Assembly (NCBI GenBank): GCA_017860005.1
Contig: JAFNAE010000001.1
Span: 1,382-65,381 of the forward strand
DNA from: Acidobacteriota bacterium
GTDB taxonomy: Bacteria; Acidobacteriota; Thermoanaerobaculia; Multivoradales; JAGPDF01
DNA length: 64,000 bases
Direction: 5' to 3'
This document shows positions 25,597 to 36,522 of the stretch, in pieces. The number at the start of each line of letters is the position of its first letter. Positions within the stretch are counted from its first letter, which is position 1. The translations under genes were made by a program, and so were the position numbers. Below the pieces are notes generated by a model. It did not search any database and was not told where the DNA came from. It saw only the letters and a program-made list of their open reading frames with translations.

Positions 25597-28011
25597 ATGC
25601 ACAGTTCCATGACGAGCCGGCTCGACCGCTACCTGCTGCGCGAGATCCTCGGCCCCTTCGCGCTCGGCCTGCTCGTCTACAGCCTCATTCTACTGGTCCA
25701 ACAGTTCTTCGACTTCGCCGAGATGATCATCCGGCGGGGCCTCCCGCTCGCGACCGTCGGCCGCCTGCTCGCCTATTCGCTGCCCTCGATCGTCGTCCTG
25801 ACGTTGCCGATGGCGCTCCTGCTCGGCGTCCTGCTCGGCATCGGACGCATGGCTTCGGACAGCGAGCTGATCGCGCTGCGCGCCTCCGGAGTGAGCCTCT
25901 ACCGCCTGGTGCGCCCCGTCCTCCTGCTCTCGGTCGCGCTCGCGGGGCTCAACACCTGGCTGATGATGGAGGTGCTGCCGCGCGGCAACAAGGCGTTGTC
26001 GCGGCTGCTGATCGAAGTCGCGACCCAGACTCTCGGGTCGCAGTTCGAGCCCCGGGTCTTCTACAACGAGTTCCAGGGCAAGGTCCTCTACGTCTTCGAC
26101 GCGCCCCCGCGCGGAGGCGACTGGGAGGGCGTCTTCCTGGCCGACGCGGTCCCGGCGGGCGTGCCGCGCACGGATGTCGTGGTCGCGCGCAGCGGACGGC
26201 TGGAGCTCGCGGACAACGGCGAGCAGGTCGTGCTCCGGCTCAACGACGCGGTGCAGCACACCTTCGATTTCGCGCGCCCGGATCGCTACGAGACGCGCCG
26301 CTACGAGAAGCTCCGGCTGGTCCTGCGCGACCGCTTCGCCTCCGAGCAGCGCGAGCGGCTGCTCGCCCGCCAGGATCCCCGTTCCCTCGACTGGGGCGAG
26401 CTCTCCCGGCTCGCCACGGATCCCGGGCAGAACGCGGAGCAGCGCGCCCTGGCGCGCGTCAACCAGCACAAGCGCCTCTCGATCCCCGCCGCCTGCGTGG
26501 TCCTCGGTCTCCTCGCGCTGCCCCTGGCCTTCAACAACCGGCGCGGCGGGAAGTCGTCGGGATTCGCGCTCTCGATCGGCATCGTCGTCCTGTACCACGT
26601 CCTGATCACGCAGGGCGAGGAAGCGGCGCGACTCGGCAAGCTCGGCCCGGCGGCGGCCATGTGGCTGCCCAACCTGGTGCTTGCCGCGTTCGGCGTTCTC
26701 CTGATCTACCTGCGCAACCGCGACCGCTCGCTGCTCGGGATGCTGCGCCGCAAGGCGTGGCTGGTGGCGCCGATCGCCCGGCTCGGCGCGTCCTGGCGCC
26801 GGCGTCGGGACGCGCGCCGGGGCGGACCGGCCGCGGATGGCGGGCCGTCGCGCCCGGCACGCAAACCGGAAGCGGCGGAAGACGCAGCGCGGGTCGTGGT
26901 GCGGCTCCCCCGCCTCCGCCTGCGCTTCCCGAATCTCGTCGATCGCTACGTCCTGCGCCGGTTCGCCTTCGTGTTCACGCTCGTGATCGTGTCGGGCATC
27001 GCCCTGCGCATCGTCGCGGACTTCACGGAGAACGTGGACGACATCCTCCGTCACCGGCCACCCGCGGCGACGCTGGTGCGCTACTACGAGTACCAGGCGC
27101 TCCAGATGGCGTTCGACACGGCGCCGCTCGCGGTCCTGGTCACCACCCTGGTGACCTTCAGCCTGCTCGCCCGCACCAACGAGATCACCGCCTGCCGCGC
27201 GCTCGGCATCAGCCTCTACCGTCTCGCGCTCCCGGCGCTCGCGGGCGCGGCGCTGGTCGCCGCCGGCTCCACGTTCCTGCAGGCGCAGGTGCTGCCGGCC
27301 TCCAACCACAAGGTCCAGGAGGCCAAGGACCGCATCAAGGGGCGTCCGAGCCAGCGCACCCTGCGCAGCGCCGACAAGCAGTGGATGCTCGGGCAGGGGC
27401 GGTTCATGTACAACTTCCTCGCCTACGACGAGCGGCGCTCGGCGCTCCAGCGCATGCAGGTGTTCGAGTTCGACGACAGCCACCAGCTGGTGGCGAGGCT
27501 GTACGCCGACGAAGCGACCTTCGGCGCCGAGGGCTGGGTGATGCGCGAGGGCTGGGCGCGGACGTTCCTCGGCCGCGAGCAGCTCGACTTCCGGCCGCTG
27601 CCCGAGCCGGTTCGCATCGACCTGCCGGAGGCGCCCTCCTTCTTCGCGGCCGAGCCGCGCCGGCCGGCGCAGATGACGTTCGGAGAGCTCGCCGAGTACG
27701 TCGCGGACCTGCGCGAGAGCGGCCAGCCCCAGCCGAAGTACGAGGTCGCGTTGCAGAACAAGGTGGCGTTCCCGGTCGCGTCGGTGGTGATGGCGCTGGT
27801 CGGCCTGCCCTTCGCCTTTCGCCTGCAGCGCCGCGGCGCGCTCTACGGCCTCGGGATCTCGATCATCCTCGGCATGGTGTTCCTCGCCGTCTATGCCTTC
27901 TTCAGCAAGCTCGGGGAGGTCGGGGCGCTGCCCGCGGCGGTGGCGGTGTGGAGCCCGAGCCTGCTGTTCTCGCTGCTCTCCGCCTACTGGTTCCTCGGCG
28001 TCCGGAGCTGA
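25597..28011 (+). CDS. LPS export permease, fused LptF-LptG (two YjgP/YjgQ domains in one 804-aa ORF)
   Basis: First half begins LDRYLLREILGPFALGLLVYSLILL (LptF-like). A second permease unit starts near residue 420 (VDRYVLRRFAFVFTLVIVSGIALRIV). There is a single uninterrupted ORF in the six-frame track. Confidence 0.75.
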   Translation: MHSSMTSRLDRYLLREILGPFALGLLVYSLILLVQQFFDFAEMIIRRGLPLATVGRLLAYSLPSIVVLTLPMALLLGVLLGIGRMASDSELIALRASGVSLYRLVRPVLLLSVALAGLNTWLMMEVLPRGNKALSRLLIEVATQTLGSQFEPRVFYNEFQGKVLYVFDAPPRGGDWEGVFLADAVPAGVPRTDVVVARSGRLELADNGEQVVLRLNDAVQHTFDFARPDRYETRRYEKLRLVLRDRFASEQRERLLARQDPRSLDWGELSRLATDPGQNAEQRALARVNQHKRLSIPAACVVLGLLALPLAFNNRRGGKSSGFALSIGIVVLYHVLITQGEEAARLGKLGPAAAMWLPNLVLAAFGVLLIYLRNRDRSLLGMLRRKAWLVAPIARLGASWRRRRDARRGGPAADGGPSRPARKPEAAEDAARVVVRLPRLRLRFPNLVDRYVLRRFAFVFTLVIVSGIALRIVADFTENVDDILRHRPPAATLVRYYEYQALQMAFDTAPLAVLVTTLVTFSLLARTNEITACRALGISLYRLALPALAGAALVAAGSTFLQAQVLPASNHKVQEAKDRIKGRPSQRTLRSADKQWMLGQGRFMYNFLAYDERRSALQRMQVFEFDDSHQLVARLYADEATFGAEGWVMREGWARTFLGREQLDFRPLPEPVRIDLPEAPSFFAAEPRRPAQMTFGELAEYVADLRESGQPQPKYEVALQNKVAFPVASVVMALVGLPFAFRLQRRGALYGLGISIILGMVFLAVYAFFSKLGEVGALPAAVAVWSPSLLFSLLSAYWFLGVRS

Positions 28012-28026
28012 TCCGGGCGCGGGACT

Positions 28027-29784
28027 TCAGCGGCCCGCGCCCGCCAGTCGCTCCCCGGCGCGAGCGCGGCGCGCCTCGAGCCAGCCGCGGACCTCGGCCA
28101 ACGGCTGCGCGTTGAGGACGTCGCGGGCGGTGGCACCCGCCTTGCGCGTCACCCCCACTCCGTAGCGCACGTCCGAGAGCCCGTGCGTCGAGTGCGCGTC
28201 GGGATGGATCGAGGTCCTTCGCCCGCGGCGCAGCCAGCCGCGCAGCGCGCGCCAGTCGAGGTCGAGGCGATGCGGGCTGGCATTGACTTCGACGATCGTG
28301 TCGTTGCCCTCGGCGGCGTCGAGCACGGCGTCGAGGTCGAGCTCGTAGCCGTCGCGCGCGAGCAGGAGGCGCCCGGTCGGATGCCCCAGGAAGGTCGCGC
28401 ACGGATGGGAGACGGCGCGCACGATGCGCTCGGTCATCGCCTCCCGCGACATCCGGAAGCGGCTGTGCACGGAGACCACCACGAAATCGAAGCCGAGCAG
28501 CAGGTCGTCGGGGAAGTCGAGGGCCCCGTCCTGCAGGATGTCGCACTCGGTGCCCTTGAACAGGTGGGGCGCGCGGCCCGCGGCGTTCCAGGCGTCGATC
28601 TCCCGCCACTGCTCGAGCACACGATCGGGCTTGAGCCCGCCGGCGTAGGCGGCCGAGCGGGAGTGGTCGGCGATCCCCAGGTACTCCCAGCCGAGCTGCG
28701 CGGCCGCCGAGGCCATCTGCTCGACCGAGGCCGTGCCGTCGCTCCACGTCGTGTGTACGTGAAACGTGCCGCGCAGGTCGGCGAGCTCGATCAGGTCGGG
28801 CAGCGAGCCGCGCTCGGCGAGCTCGATCTCGTCCAGGCCCTCGCGCATCTCGGGTGGGATCCAGGCCAGACCGAGGTGGCGGTAGAGGGCGCGCTCGTCG
28901 CCGACCTCGAGGCGGCGCTCGCCGCGGAACAGCCCGTACTCGTTGATGGTCAGGCCCTCCTGGCGCGCCCGCGTGCGCAGCGCGATGTTGTGCTCCTTGC
29001 TGCCGGTGAAATGGTGGAGGGCGCAGGCGAACTCCTCCTCCTCCACCATGCGCAGGTCGGCCTGGAATCCGGCGTCGAGCCGCGTCGAGACCTTCGTGTC
29101 GCCGCTGCCGAGGATCTCCTCGGTGCCGGGCAGGCCGGTGAACAGGGCGGCCACTTCGGCGCGCCGCGCGAGCGCAACGGCGGCCACCAGGTCGAGGTCG
29201 CCGATCGTCTCCCGCCAGCGGCGCAGGCTGCCTGCGATCTCGACACGCGTCACGGCGGGATGCTCCCGGAGCCGGGCGACGAGCTCGACGGCTACGGGCT
29301 GCGCCGCCGAGAGCAGGTGACGCTCCTGGTGGCGCCCGAGCTCGGCGAGGCCGGCCAGGATCTTCTGCTGGCTCTTCTCTCCGAATCCGCCGAGGCCTGC
29401 GACCCGCCCCTCTCGGCACGCGCGCTCCAGGTCGGCCGGAGAGCCGACGCCGAGCTCGCGGATGAGGACCGCGATGCGCTTCGGCCCCAGGCCGCTGATC
29501 CGGAACAGGTCGAGCACGCCGTGCGGAAACTCGGCGCGCAGCTGGTCGTGCAGCGCGAGCCTGCCGCCGTGGATCAGCTCGGCGATAGCCGTGACCAGGC
29601 CGGGTCCGATGCCGGGGATTTCGCCGAGCGTGCCCGCCTCGAGCAGGTCCTCGGGCTCCTCGGCGAGGCCTTCGAGCGCCCGTGCCGCGTTCTCGTAGGC
29701 CCGCACCCGGAACGGGTTCTCGCCTTTGAGCTCGAGCAGCTGTCCGGTTTCGCGCAGGATGCCGACCAGGGTCTCGCGCTTCAT
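28027..29784 (-). CDS. polX: family X DNA polymerase with C-terminal PHP domain
   Basis: 585 aa with HhH motifs GIGPGL and GLGPKRI, a Pol-beta-like core and a PHP phosphoesterase C-terminus. Confidence 0.8.
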   Translation of the reverse strand: MKRETLVGILRETGQLLELKGENPFRVRAYENAARALEGLAEEPEDLLEAGTLGEIPGIGPGLVTAIAELIHGGRLALHDQLRAEFPHGVLDLFRISGLGPKRIAVLIRELGVGSPADLERACREGRVAGLGGFGEKSQQKILAGLAELGRHQERHLLSAAQPVAVELVARLREHPAVTRVEIAGSLRRWRETIGDLDLVAAVALARRAEVAALFTGLPGTEEILGSGDTKVSTRLDAGFQADLRMVEEEEFACALHHFTGSKEHNIALRTRARQEGLTINEYGLFRGERRLEVGDERALYRHLGLAWIPPEMREGLDEIELAERGSLPDLIELADLRGTFHVHTTWSDGTASVEQMASAAAQLGWEYLGIADHSRSAAYAGGLKPDRVLEQWREIDAWNAAGRAPHLFKGTECDILQDGALDFPDDLLLGFDFVVVSVHSRFRMSREAMTERIVRAVSHPCATFLGHPTGRLLLARDGYELDLDAVLDAAEGNDTIVEVNASPHRLDLDWRALRGWLRRGRRTSIHPDAHSTHGLSDVRYGVGVTRKAGATARDVLNAQPLAEVRGWLEARRARAGERLAGAGR

Positions 29785-29793
29785 GACGCGGCT

Positions 29794-29832
29794 CCGAAAG
29801 CGAAAGGGCCGCGAGCGAAGCGCCCGCGGCCC
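29794..29832 (-). terminator. rho-independent-type terminator after metK
   Basis: On the minus strand GGGCCGCG...CGCGGCCC forms an 8-bp stem followed by TTTCGCTTTCGG, immediately after the metK stop. Confidence 0.5.
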
Positions 29833-29854
29833 GGATCCCCCACTCCCGTCAGGC

Positions 29855-31033
<1,179 letters not shown>

Positions 31034-31108
31034 CGACGCGTTCCTCTCTGGGGAGACTCAAACGGCGGGCTGACGCCCGGCGCATCCTAGCAGAGCGCCT
31101 GCCGGGCC

Positions 31109-31708
31109 TCAGCGTGGCAGGCCCGGACGGGCCTCGAGGACGCCGTAGAACAGGGTGGCGAGGGCGTTCAGGGTGGCGAGCGCGACCGCGGTGCGCCGGG
31201 TCTCGAGCCCGCCGGTCAGCGAAGAGATGGTGCCCCCGGCCCGGCGCGTGCCCGGAACCTCGGCCCGCAACTGATCTCCGGTCAGGCCCTCCACCAGCCG
31301 GTCCGGGATCTGGACCGCGCCGCTCGCGCCCCAGGCCTCGCCGCCGGGTCCGACCACCGCGCTCCAGCCGCGCACGAACCAGCGTCCGCGGCCGTCGATC
31401 TCCACCGTGTCGATGCAGAACTCGGCCGCGATGTAGAAGTGGTAGGTGCCGGGCAGCCTCGCCTCCAGGGCGCGCGCCTCCTGCCGGGCGAGCGCGATCG
31501 CCTCCTCGTCCGAACGCGCCAGCCCGCGCAGAGGACCTTCGACCTCCTGGGGCACGACGGCGACCGGGAGCGGACGATTGAGGCGGTCGTGGAAGTACCG
31601 GCGGCACGCCTCGCGGACTCCGAGGAGGAGGTCCGCCGAGGTCCCGGCGACGCACACTTCGATGCCGCGCTGGTATCCTCCGAGAAAGTCCCTGAGAGTG
31701 CGCGCCAT
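31109..31708 (-). CDS. inosine/xanthosine triphosphatase-like protein (DUF84, YjjX family)
   Basis: The GGTISSLTGGLETRRTAVALATLNAL C-terminus and WSAVVGPGGEAWGASGAVQIP resemble YjjX. The start is uncertain (MARTLRDF). Confidence 0.5.
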   Translation of the reverse strand: MARTLRDFLGGYQRGIEVCVAGTSADLLLGVREACRRYFHDRLNRPLPVAVVPQEVEGPLRGLARSDEEAIALARQEARALEARLPGTYHFYIAAEFCIDTVEIDGRGRWFVRGWSAVVGPGGEAWGASGAVQIPDRLVEGLTGDQLRAEVPGTRRAGGTISSLTGGLETRRTAVALATLNALATLFYGVLEARPGLPR

Positions 31709-32486
31709 GGTCGTCGGCCGGAGCAACGAGACACTCAAGGCTATCCGCCGCCTCCGCCGAAGGCAAGGCGACCACGCTCTGCTCGAGGGCCCGCACCTGA
31801 TCGCGGAGGCCCTCGCCACGGGCCTCGAGCCCGAGTCGGTGCTGGCCACCCCAGGCTTCGCGGCGAGCGCGTCCGGGCGCAGCCTGCTGCGGCGTCTGCG
31901 CCGGCCCCCGCTCCTGGTCGACGACGCGCGCCTGGCCGAGCTCGCCGACAGCGACGCCCCGCGCGGGGTGCTGGCGCTGGCGCGGCTCCCGCGCACGGGT
32001 CCGTCCGAGCTCGCGCTCGGCGGCTCCTCGCTCGTCCTCTTCCTCGACGGCGTCCAGGAGCCGGGCAACGTCGGCGCCCTGGCGCGCGTCGCGGAGGCGT
32101 TCGGCGCCACGGCGCTCGCGCTCGCCCCGGGCTGCGCGCATCCGAATCATCCGCGTGCGCTGCGCGCCTCGGCGGGCAGCCTGCTCCGCCTGCCGATCGC
32201 CGTCGAGGCGACGATCGGCGCGCTCGACCTGCGTCTGCTCCCGCACGATCCCCTCTGGGTGGCGCTCGCGGCGCACGGCGGCGAGCCGCCGGGAGCGCAC
32301 GGCGACACGCGGCCGCTGGTGCTCGCGCTCGGCGCCGAGGGACCCGGGCTGTCGAGCGCGGTCGAGCAGCGCTGCGCCTTGCGCTGGACGATTCCGCTCG
32401 CGGGCGGCGTCGAGTCGCTCAACGTCGCGGTGGCGGCCGGCGTCGCCCTCTTCGCGTTGGCGGCGGCGCGCGGCCGCCGTCCTTGA
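31707..32486 (+). CDS. TrmH/SpoU-family RNA 2'-O-methyltransferase
   Basis: SPOUT motifs LVLFLDGVQEPGNVGALARVAEAFG and LVLALGAEGPGLS ... IPLAGGVESLNVAVAAGVALF; 259 aa. Confidence 0.75.
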   Translation: MVVGRSNETLKAIRRLRRRQGDHALLEGPHLIAEALATGLEPESVLATPGFAASASGRSLLRRLRRPPLLVDDARLAELADSDAPRGVLALARLPRTGPSELALGGSSLVLFLDGVQEPGNVGALARVAEAFGATALALAPGCAHPNHPRALRASAGSLLRLPIAVEATIGALDLRLLPHDPLWVALAAHGGEPPGAHGDTRPLVLALGAEGPGLSSAVEQRCALRWTIPLAGGVESLNVAVAAGVALFALAAARGRRP

Positions 32487-32518
32487 TCAGGCGCGACCGG
32501 AGCGCATAGCATGGGGGG

Positions 32519-34027
32519 ATGACGACGCGCCGCCGGCGCGCCCCCTCGGGCCTGTTGCTCCCCACTCTGCCGCTGCTGGTGCTCGCCGCCCTCCTCGCCG
32601 GCTGCGCGCGCGAGCGCCCGGCCGCCGAGCCAGCGACGGCCAGCGCCCGGGCACCGCGGGGCGAGGGCCGGCCCGACGTGCTGCTGCTCACCATCGACAC
32701 GCTGCGCGCCGACCATCTCTCGGCCTGGGGCTACCCGCGCGAGACCTCACCCAACCTCGACCGCATGGCTGCCGAGGGGGTCCGCTTCGAGCGCGCCCAG
32801 GTCCAGTGGCCCAAGACCGCGCCCTCCTTCGCATCGATGTTCACCGCCACCTACCCCAAGGACAACGGCGTCGTGCGCCGAGTCGGGATGCCGATCAGCT
32901 GCCGCCTGCGCCTGCTCGCCGAGGAGATGCGCGACCTCGGCTACCAGACCCACGCGGTGGTCGCCAACGGGGCGCTCGGCAAGGAGTTCTTCTTCGACCA
33001 GGGCTTCGACAGCTACGAGGAGGCCTGGAAGGTCGCCGGGCCCGACACGCCAGAGCCGACCGGGGCGCACCGGATCACCGACCTCGCCCTCGCCAGAGTC
33101 GACCGGCTGGAGCCCGGCCGCCCGGTGTTCCTCTGGATCCACTACATCGACCCCCACGCCCCCTACCGACCGCCGCGGGAGTGGCGCGACCTCTACCAGG
33201 GCGACGCGCACTTCCGCGCCGGCGAGACGGTGCCCGTGGATCGCCGCGCGCGGCGTCGCTTCGTGGGCGCGATCGGGCGCTCGCAGGTGGTCGACGGGGG
33301 CAGCGAGCTGGCCTTCTACGTCGCGCGCTACGACGCCGAGATCCGCTACGTCGACGCGGAGGTCGGGCGCCTGGTCGCTGGTCTCGAGCAACGGGGTCTC
33401 TGGCAGCGCATGCTGACCGTGATGACCTCGGATCACGGCGAGTCCCTGGGCGAGCATCGCTACTACTTCGGACACGGCATGCTGGCCTACCAGACCTGCC
33501 TGCACGTGCCGTTCGTGGTGCGCTATCCGGGCGTCCTCGCGCCCCGCACCGACCCGGCGCCGGTCGAGCTCCTGCACCTCGCGCCCACCATCCTGGAGCT
33601 GGCGGGTGCGCCGCTGCGCGAGGCGCGCTGGGGCCAGGGGCGCTCGCTCCTCCCGAGGCTGCGCGGCGAAGCGAGCGGCGACGCGACGCTCGCCTACTCC
33701 GAGGCGGGCTACGCCTCCGACCGCATGTGGCTGCGCGCCGTCCACGACGGGCGCTTCAAGCTGATCTTCGCCCCCAGCGCCAAGGACCAGCGCAAGATGG
33801 GCCGCCAGGGCAGCGCTTACGCGCTCTTCGATCTGGCCGAGGACCCGGGCGAGCTGCGCGACGTCGGCGAGGCCCGTCCGGCAGAGCGCGAGCGGCTGCG
33901 CGCCGCCCTCGCCGAGTGGGACGGAGCGCCGCGCTTCCGGTTCCAGGCGGACGCCGCCGACTGCGGCGGCGGACGCGAGGTCGATCGCAGCACCGAGGCA
34001 GAGCTGCGCTCCCTCGGCTACTTGTGA
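32519..34027 (+). CDS. sulfatase-family (alkaline-phosphatase superfamily) lipoprotein, Thr at the predicted nucleophile position
   Basis: Lipobox LLAGC; the metal-binding N-terminus DVLLLTIDTLRADHLSAWGY; KTAPSF sits where sulfatases have C-x-P-S-R; 502 aa. Confidence 0.75.
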   Translation: MTTRRRRAPSGLLLPTLPLLVLAALLAGCARERPAAEPATASARAPRGEGRPDVLLLTIDTLRADHLSAWGYPRETSPNLDRMAAEGVRFERAQVQWPKTAPSFASMFTATYPKDNGVVRRVGMPISCRLRLLAEEMRDLGYQTHAVVANGALGKEFFFDQGFDSYEEAWKVAGPDTPEPTGAHRITDLALARVDRLEPGRPVFLWIHYIDPHAPYRPPREWRDLYQGDAHFRAGETVPVDRRARRRFVGAIGRSQVVDGGSELAFYVARYDAEIRYVDAEVGRLVAGLEQRGLWQRMLTVMTSDHGESLGEHRYYFGHGMLAYQTCLHVPFVVRYPGVLAPRTDPAPVELLHLAPTILELAGAPLREARWGQGRSLLPRLRGEASGDATLAYSEAGYASDRMWLRAVHDGRFKLIFAPSAKDQRKMGRQGSAYALFDLAEDPGELRDVGEARPAERERLRAALAEWDGAPRFRFQADAADCGGGREVDRSTEAELRSLGYL

Positions 34028-34059
34028 GCGCGCCCTCGAGAGGAATCCAGAGCACCCCG

Positions 34060-35526
34060 ATGAGCCACCGCATCCCCACCTCGCTCGCCCTCGCTCTCGC
34101 GCTCGGCCTCGCGCTCGCCGGCTGTGGCCGGGACTCCGCGCCAAACGCGGCTGGCGAGCGCCCGGGCCGACGCCCCGACGTCCTGCTGCTGACCATCGAC
34201 ACGCTGCGCGCGGATCACCTCTCCGCCTGGGGCTACCCGCGTCTCACCTCGCCCACGCTCGACCGCATGGCGGCCGAGGGCACGCGCTTCGCGTTCGCTC
34301 AGGCCCAGCGCCCCAAGACCGGACCCTCCTTCACCTCGATGTTCACGAGCGGCTACTGCTCCGATCACGGCGTGCGCCGCATCGGCCAGCCCGCGGGTTG
34401 CTCGATGCGCTTCCTCGCCGAGGAGATGAAGGAGCTCGGCTACCAGACCCATGCGGTGGTGGCCAATGCCGCCCTGGCGCGCGAGTTCTACTTCGACCAG
34501 GGCTTCGACACCTACATCGAGACCTGGGGGGTCGAGCCCCGCAAAGCCGGCCTCGATCCCACCGGCGCCGAGGCCGTGACCGACCTCGCGGAGGCGGTGG
34601 TCGGCAAGCTGGATCGCGACCGCCCCTACTTCCTCTGGGTCCACTACGTCGACCCGCACGAGCCCTATACGCCGCCCGAGCCGTTCCGGGATCACTTCCA
34701 GGGCGACGGGCACTCGGGCCCGCCGGTCGAGGTGCCCGTCGCCCGGCGCAACTCCCGTCAGAGCTGGAACGGCATCGGCCGCAGGCAGGTGCTCGACGGC
34801 CGCACCGACCTGCCCTTCTACGTCGCGCGCTACGACGCCGAGATCCGCTACGTGGACGACCAGATCGCGCGCCTGCTCGAGGCGCTCCGCCGGCGCGGCG
34901 ACTACGACCGGATGCTCACCGTGATGACCTCCGATCACGGCGAGTCGCTGGGCGAGCACAACTACTGGTTCGACCACGGCATGTTCGGCTTCCAGACCTG
35001 CCTCCACGTGCCCCTCGTGGTGCGTTTGCCGGGCCTGGCCCGGGCGGCCGTGGACAGCGGACCGGTCGAGCTGGTCGACCTGGCGCCGACCATCCTCGAG
35101 GTGGCCGGGAAGCGGCTGCGCGAGGGCACCTGGATGAGAGGCCGTTCCCTGGTGCCGCGGTTGCGGGGCGAGGCCCCTCCGGCGCGGCCCATCGCGTTCG
35201 CGGAGGCGGGTTACTCGAGCCGGGAGGGCTGGATCCGCGTCGCGACCGACGGACGCTTCACGCTCCACCGGCTGCTCGACCGCGCGGACCGCCGGCGCGT
35301 CGCCCACGCCGACCGCGAGTTCGCGCTCTTCGACCTGGCCGCCGATCCCGGCGAGACGCGCAATGTCGCCGATCTCCACGGCGCCGATCTGACGCGGCTG
35401 CGCGACGCGCTCGCCGCGTGGGAGCAGGCGGCGCCGTTGCCGCTGCGCGGCGACAGCGACGACTGTGGCGACCGCGCCATGGAGAGCGACACCGAGGCGC
35501 AGCTGCGCGCGCTCGGCTACCTCTGA
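34060..35526 (+). CDS. sulfatase-family lipoprotein, tandem paralog of the preceding gene
   Basis: Lipobox LALAGC; DVLLLTIDTLRADHLSAWGY and KTGPSF are nearly colinear with the upstream paralog; 488 aa. Confidence 0.75.
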   Translation: MSHRIPTSLALALALGLALAGCGRDSAPNAAGERPGRRPDVLLLTIDTLRADHLSAWGYPRLTSPTLDRMAAEGTRFAFAQAQRPKTGPSFTSMFTSGYCSDHGVRRIGQPAGCSMRFLAEEMKELGYQTHAVVANAALAREFYFDQGFDTYIETWGVEPRKAGLDPTGAEAVTDLAEAVVGKLDRDRPYFLWVHYVDPHEPYTPPEPFRDHFQGDGHSGPPVEVPVARRNSRQSWNGIGRRQVLDGRTDLPFYVARYDAEIRYVDDQIARLLEALRRRGDYDRMLTVMTSDHGESLGEHNYWFDHGMFGFQTCLHVPLVVRLPGLARAAVDSGPVELVDLAPTILEVAGKRLREGTWMRGRSLVPRLRGEAPPARPIAFAEAGYSSREGWIRVATDGRFTLHRLLDRADRRRVAHADREFALFDLAADPGETRNVADLHGADLTRLRDALAAWEQAAPLPLRGDSDDCGDRAMESDTEAQLRALGYL

Positions 35527-35538
35527 GCCCCCGTCCGG

Positions 35539-36522
35539 CTAGCCGCGCAGCTCGCGGATCGCCTGGTTGAGCGCCGGCAGCACCTCGTGCAGGTCGCCGA
35601 CGACTCCGAAGTGCGCGACCTTGAAGATCGGCGCCCCCGCGTCCTTGTTGACGGCCACGATCACCGAGGCGCCCTTCATCCCGACCAGGTGCTGGATCGC
35701 GCCCGAGATGCCGAGCGCGAAGTAGAGCTTGGGCGCGACGGTCTGGCCGCTCGAGCCGATCTGGCGGTCGCGCGGCAGCCAGCCGCTGTCGATCACCGGA
35801 CGGCTGGCGCCGATCTCGGCCCCGAGCAGCCGGGCCAGCTCCTCGACCGCGCCGAGCTTGTCCGCCCCGCCCAGGCCGCGCCCGACCGCCACGATCACGT
35901 CGGCCTTCGAGAGGTCGACCGTGTCGCCGCCGATCTGCTCGGTTCCCAGCACGTCGCGCCCGGCCGCGGCCGCTGCGAGGTCGACCCCCAACGGCCGCAC
36001 GGGCGCCGACCCGGCCACCCGCGCGTCTGCGGAGTAGGCACCCGACTGCAGGGTGACGAGCGCCGTGCCCGCCCGTCGCAGGCGCACGCGCGCGTGCATC
36101 TTCCCCTCCAGGATGGGCCGCTTGAAGGTCGTCTCGCCCGCTCCCCCGTCGATGGCGATCGCCTCGGGAACCAGCGCCACGTCGCACGCCTGGGCGAGGC
36201 GCGGCACGTATTCGCAGGACTGGTAGGTGTGGGGGAAGAGAACGAAGTCGGGCCGCTCGGCGGTGAGCGCCGGCGCCAGAGCGGCGACGTACCCACCGGG
36301 CGTGTAGGCCGCGAGCAGCGGCGACTCGGCGACGCGCACGGAGCCGAGGTCACAGGCCGCGACCTCGGCGGCGAGCGCGCCCACGTCCTGGCCGAGCAGG
36401 ATCGCGTCCGCCTTCGTGCCCCGCTCCTGCGCGAGCGACTGGGCGGCCGCGATCGCCTCCCAGGAGCCGCGATGGAGCTTCCCGTCCCGATGTTGCAGCA
36501 CCGTCCAGATGCCGGCCATCAC
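35539..36522 (-). CDS. etfA: electron transfer flavoprotein alpha subunit
   Basis: 327 aa with a C-terminal FAD-binding region ([27 protein letters not shown]). Confidence 0.9.
   Translation of the reverse strand: MMAGIWTVLQHRDGKLHRGSWEAIAAAQSLAQERGTKADAILLGQDVGALAAEVAACDLGSVRVAESPLLAAYTPGGYVAALAPALTAERPDFVLFPHTYQSCEYVPRLAQACDVALVPEAIAIDGGAGETTFKRPILEGKMHARVRLRRAGTALVTLQSGAYSADARVAGSAPVRPLGVDLAAAAAGRDVLGTEQIGGDTVDLSKADVIVAVGRGLGGADKLGAVEELARLLGAEIGASRPVIDSGWLPRDRQIGSSGQTVAPKLYFALGISGAIQHLVGMKGASVIVAVNKDAGAPIFKVAHFGVVGDLHEVLPALNQAIRELRG

Noticed and set aside
28740-28760. parS-like half-site TGTACGTGAAACG inside polX
   Set aside because: Only one arm of the 16-bp parS palindrome matches, and it is inside a coding region far from parAB; likely chance.
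31034-31108. Possible SAM riboswitch in the metK leader
   Set aside because: The 75-nt leader shows no recognisable SAM-I or SAM-II conserved elements and is mostly occupied by a weak hairpin that may terminate the downstream convergent transcript.
32155-35526. 1123-aa plus-strand ORF
   Set aside because: Only its C-terminal 488 aa (from ATG 34060) is the second sulfatase-family gene; the N-terminal two-thirds overlaps trmH and the first sulfatase gene out of frame.
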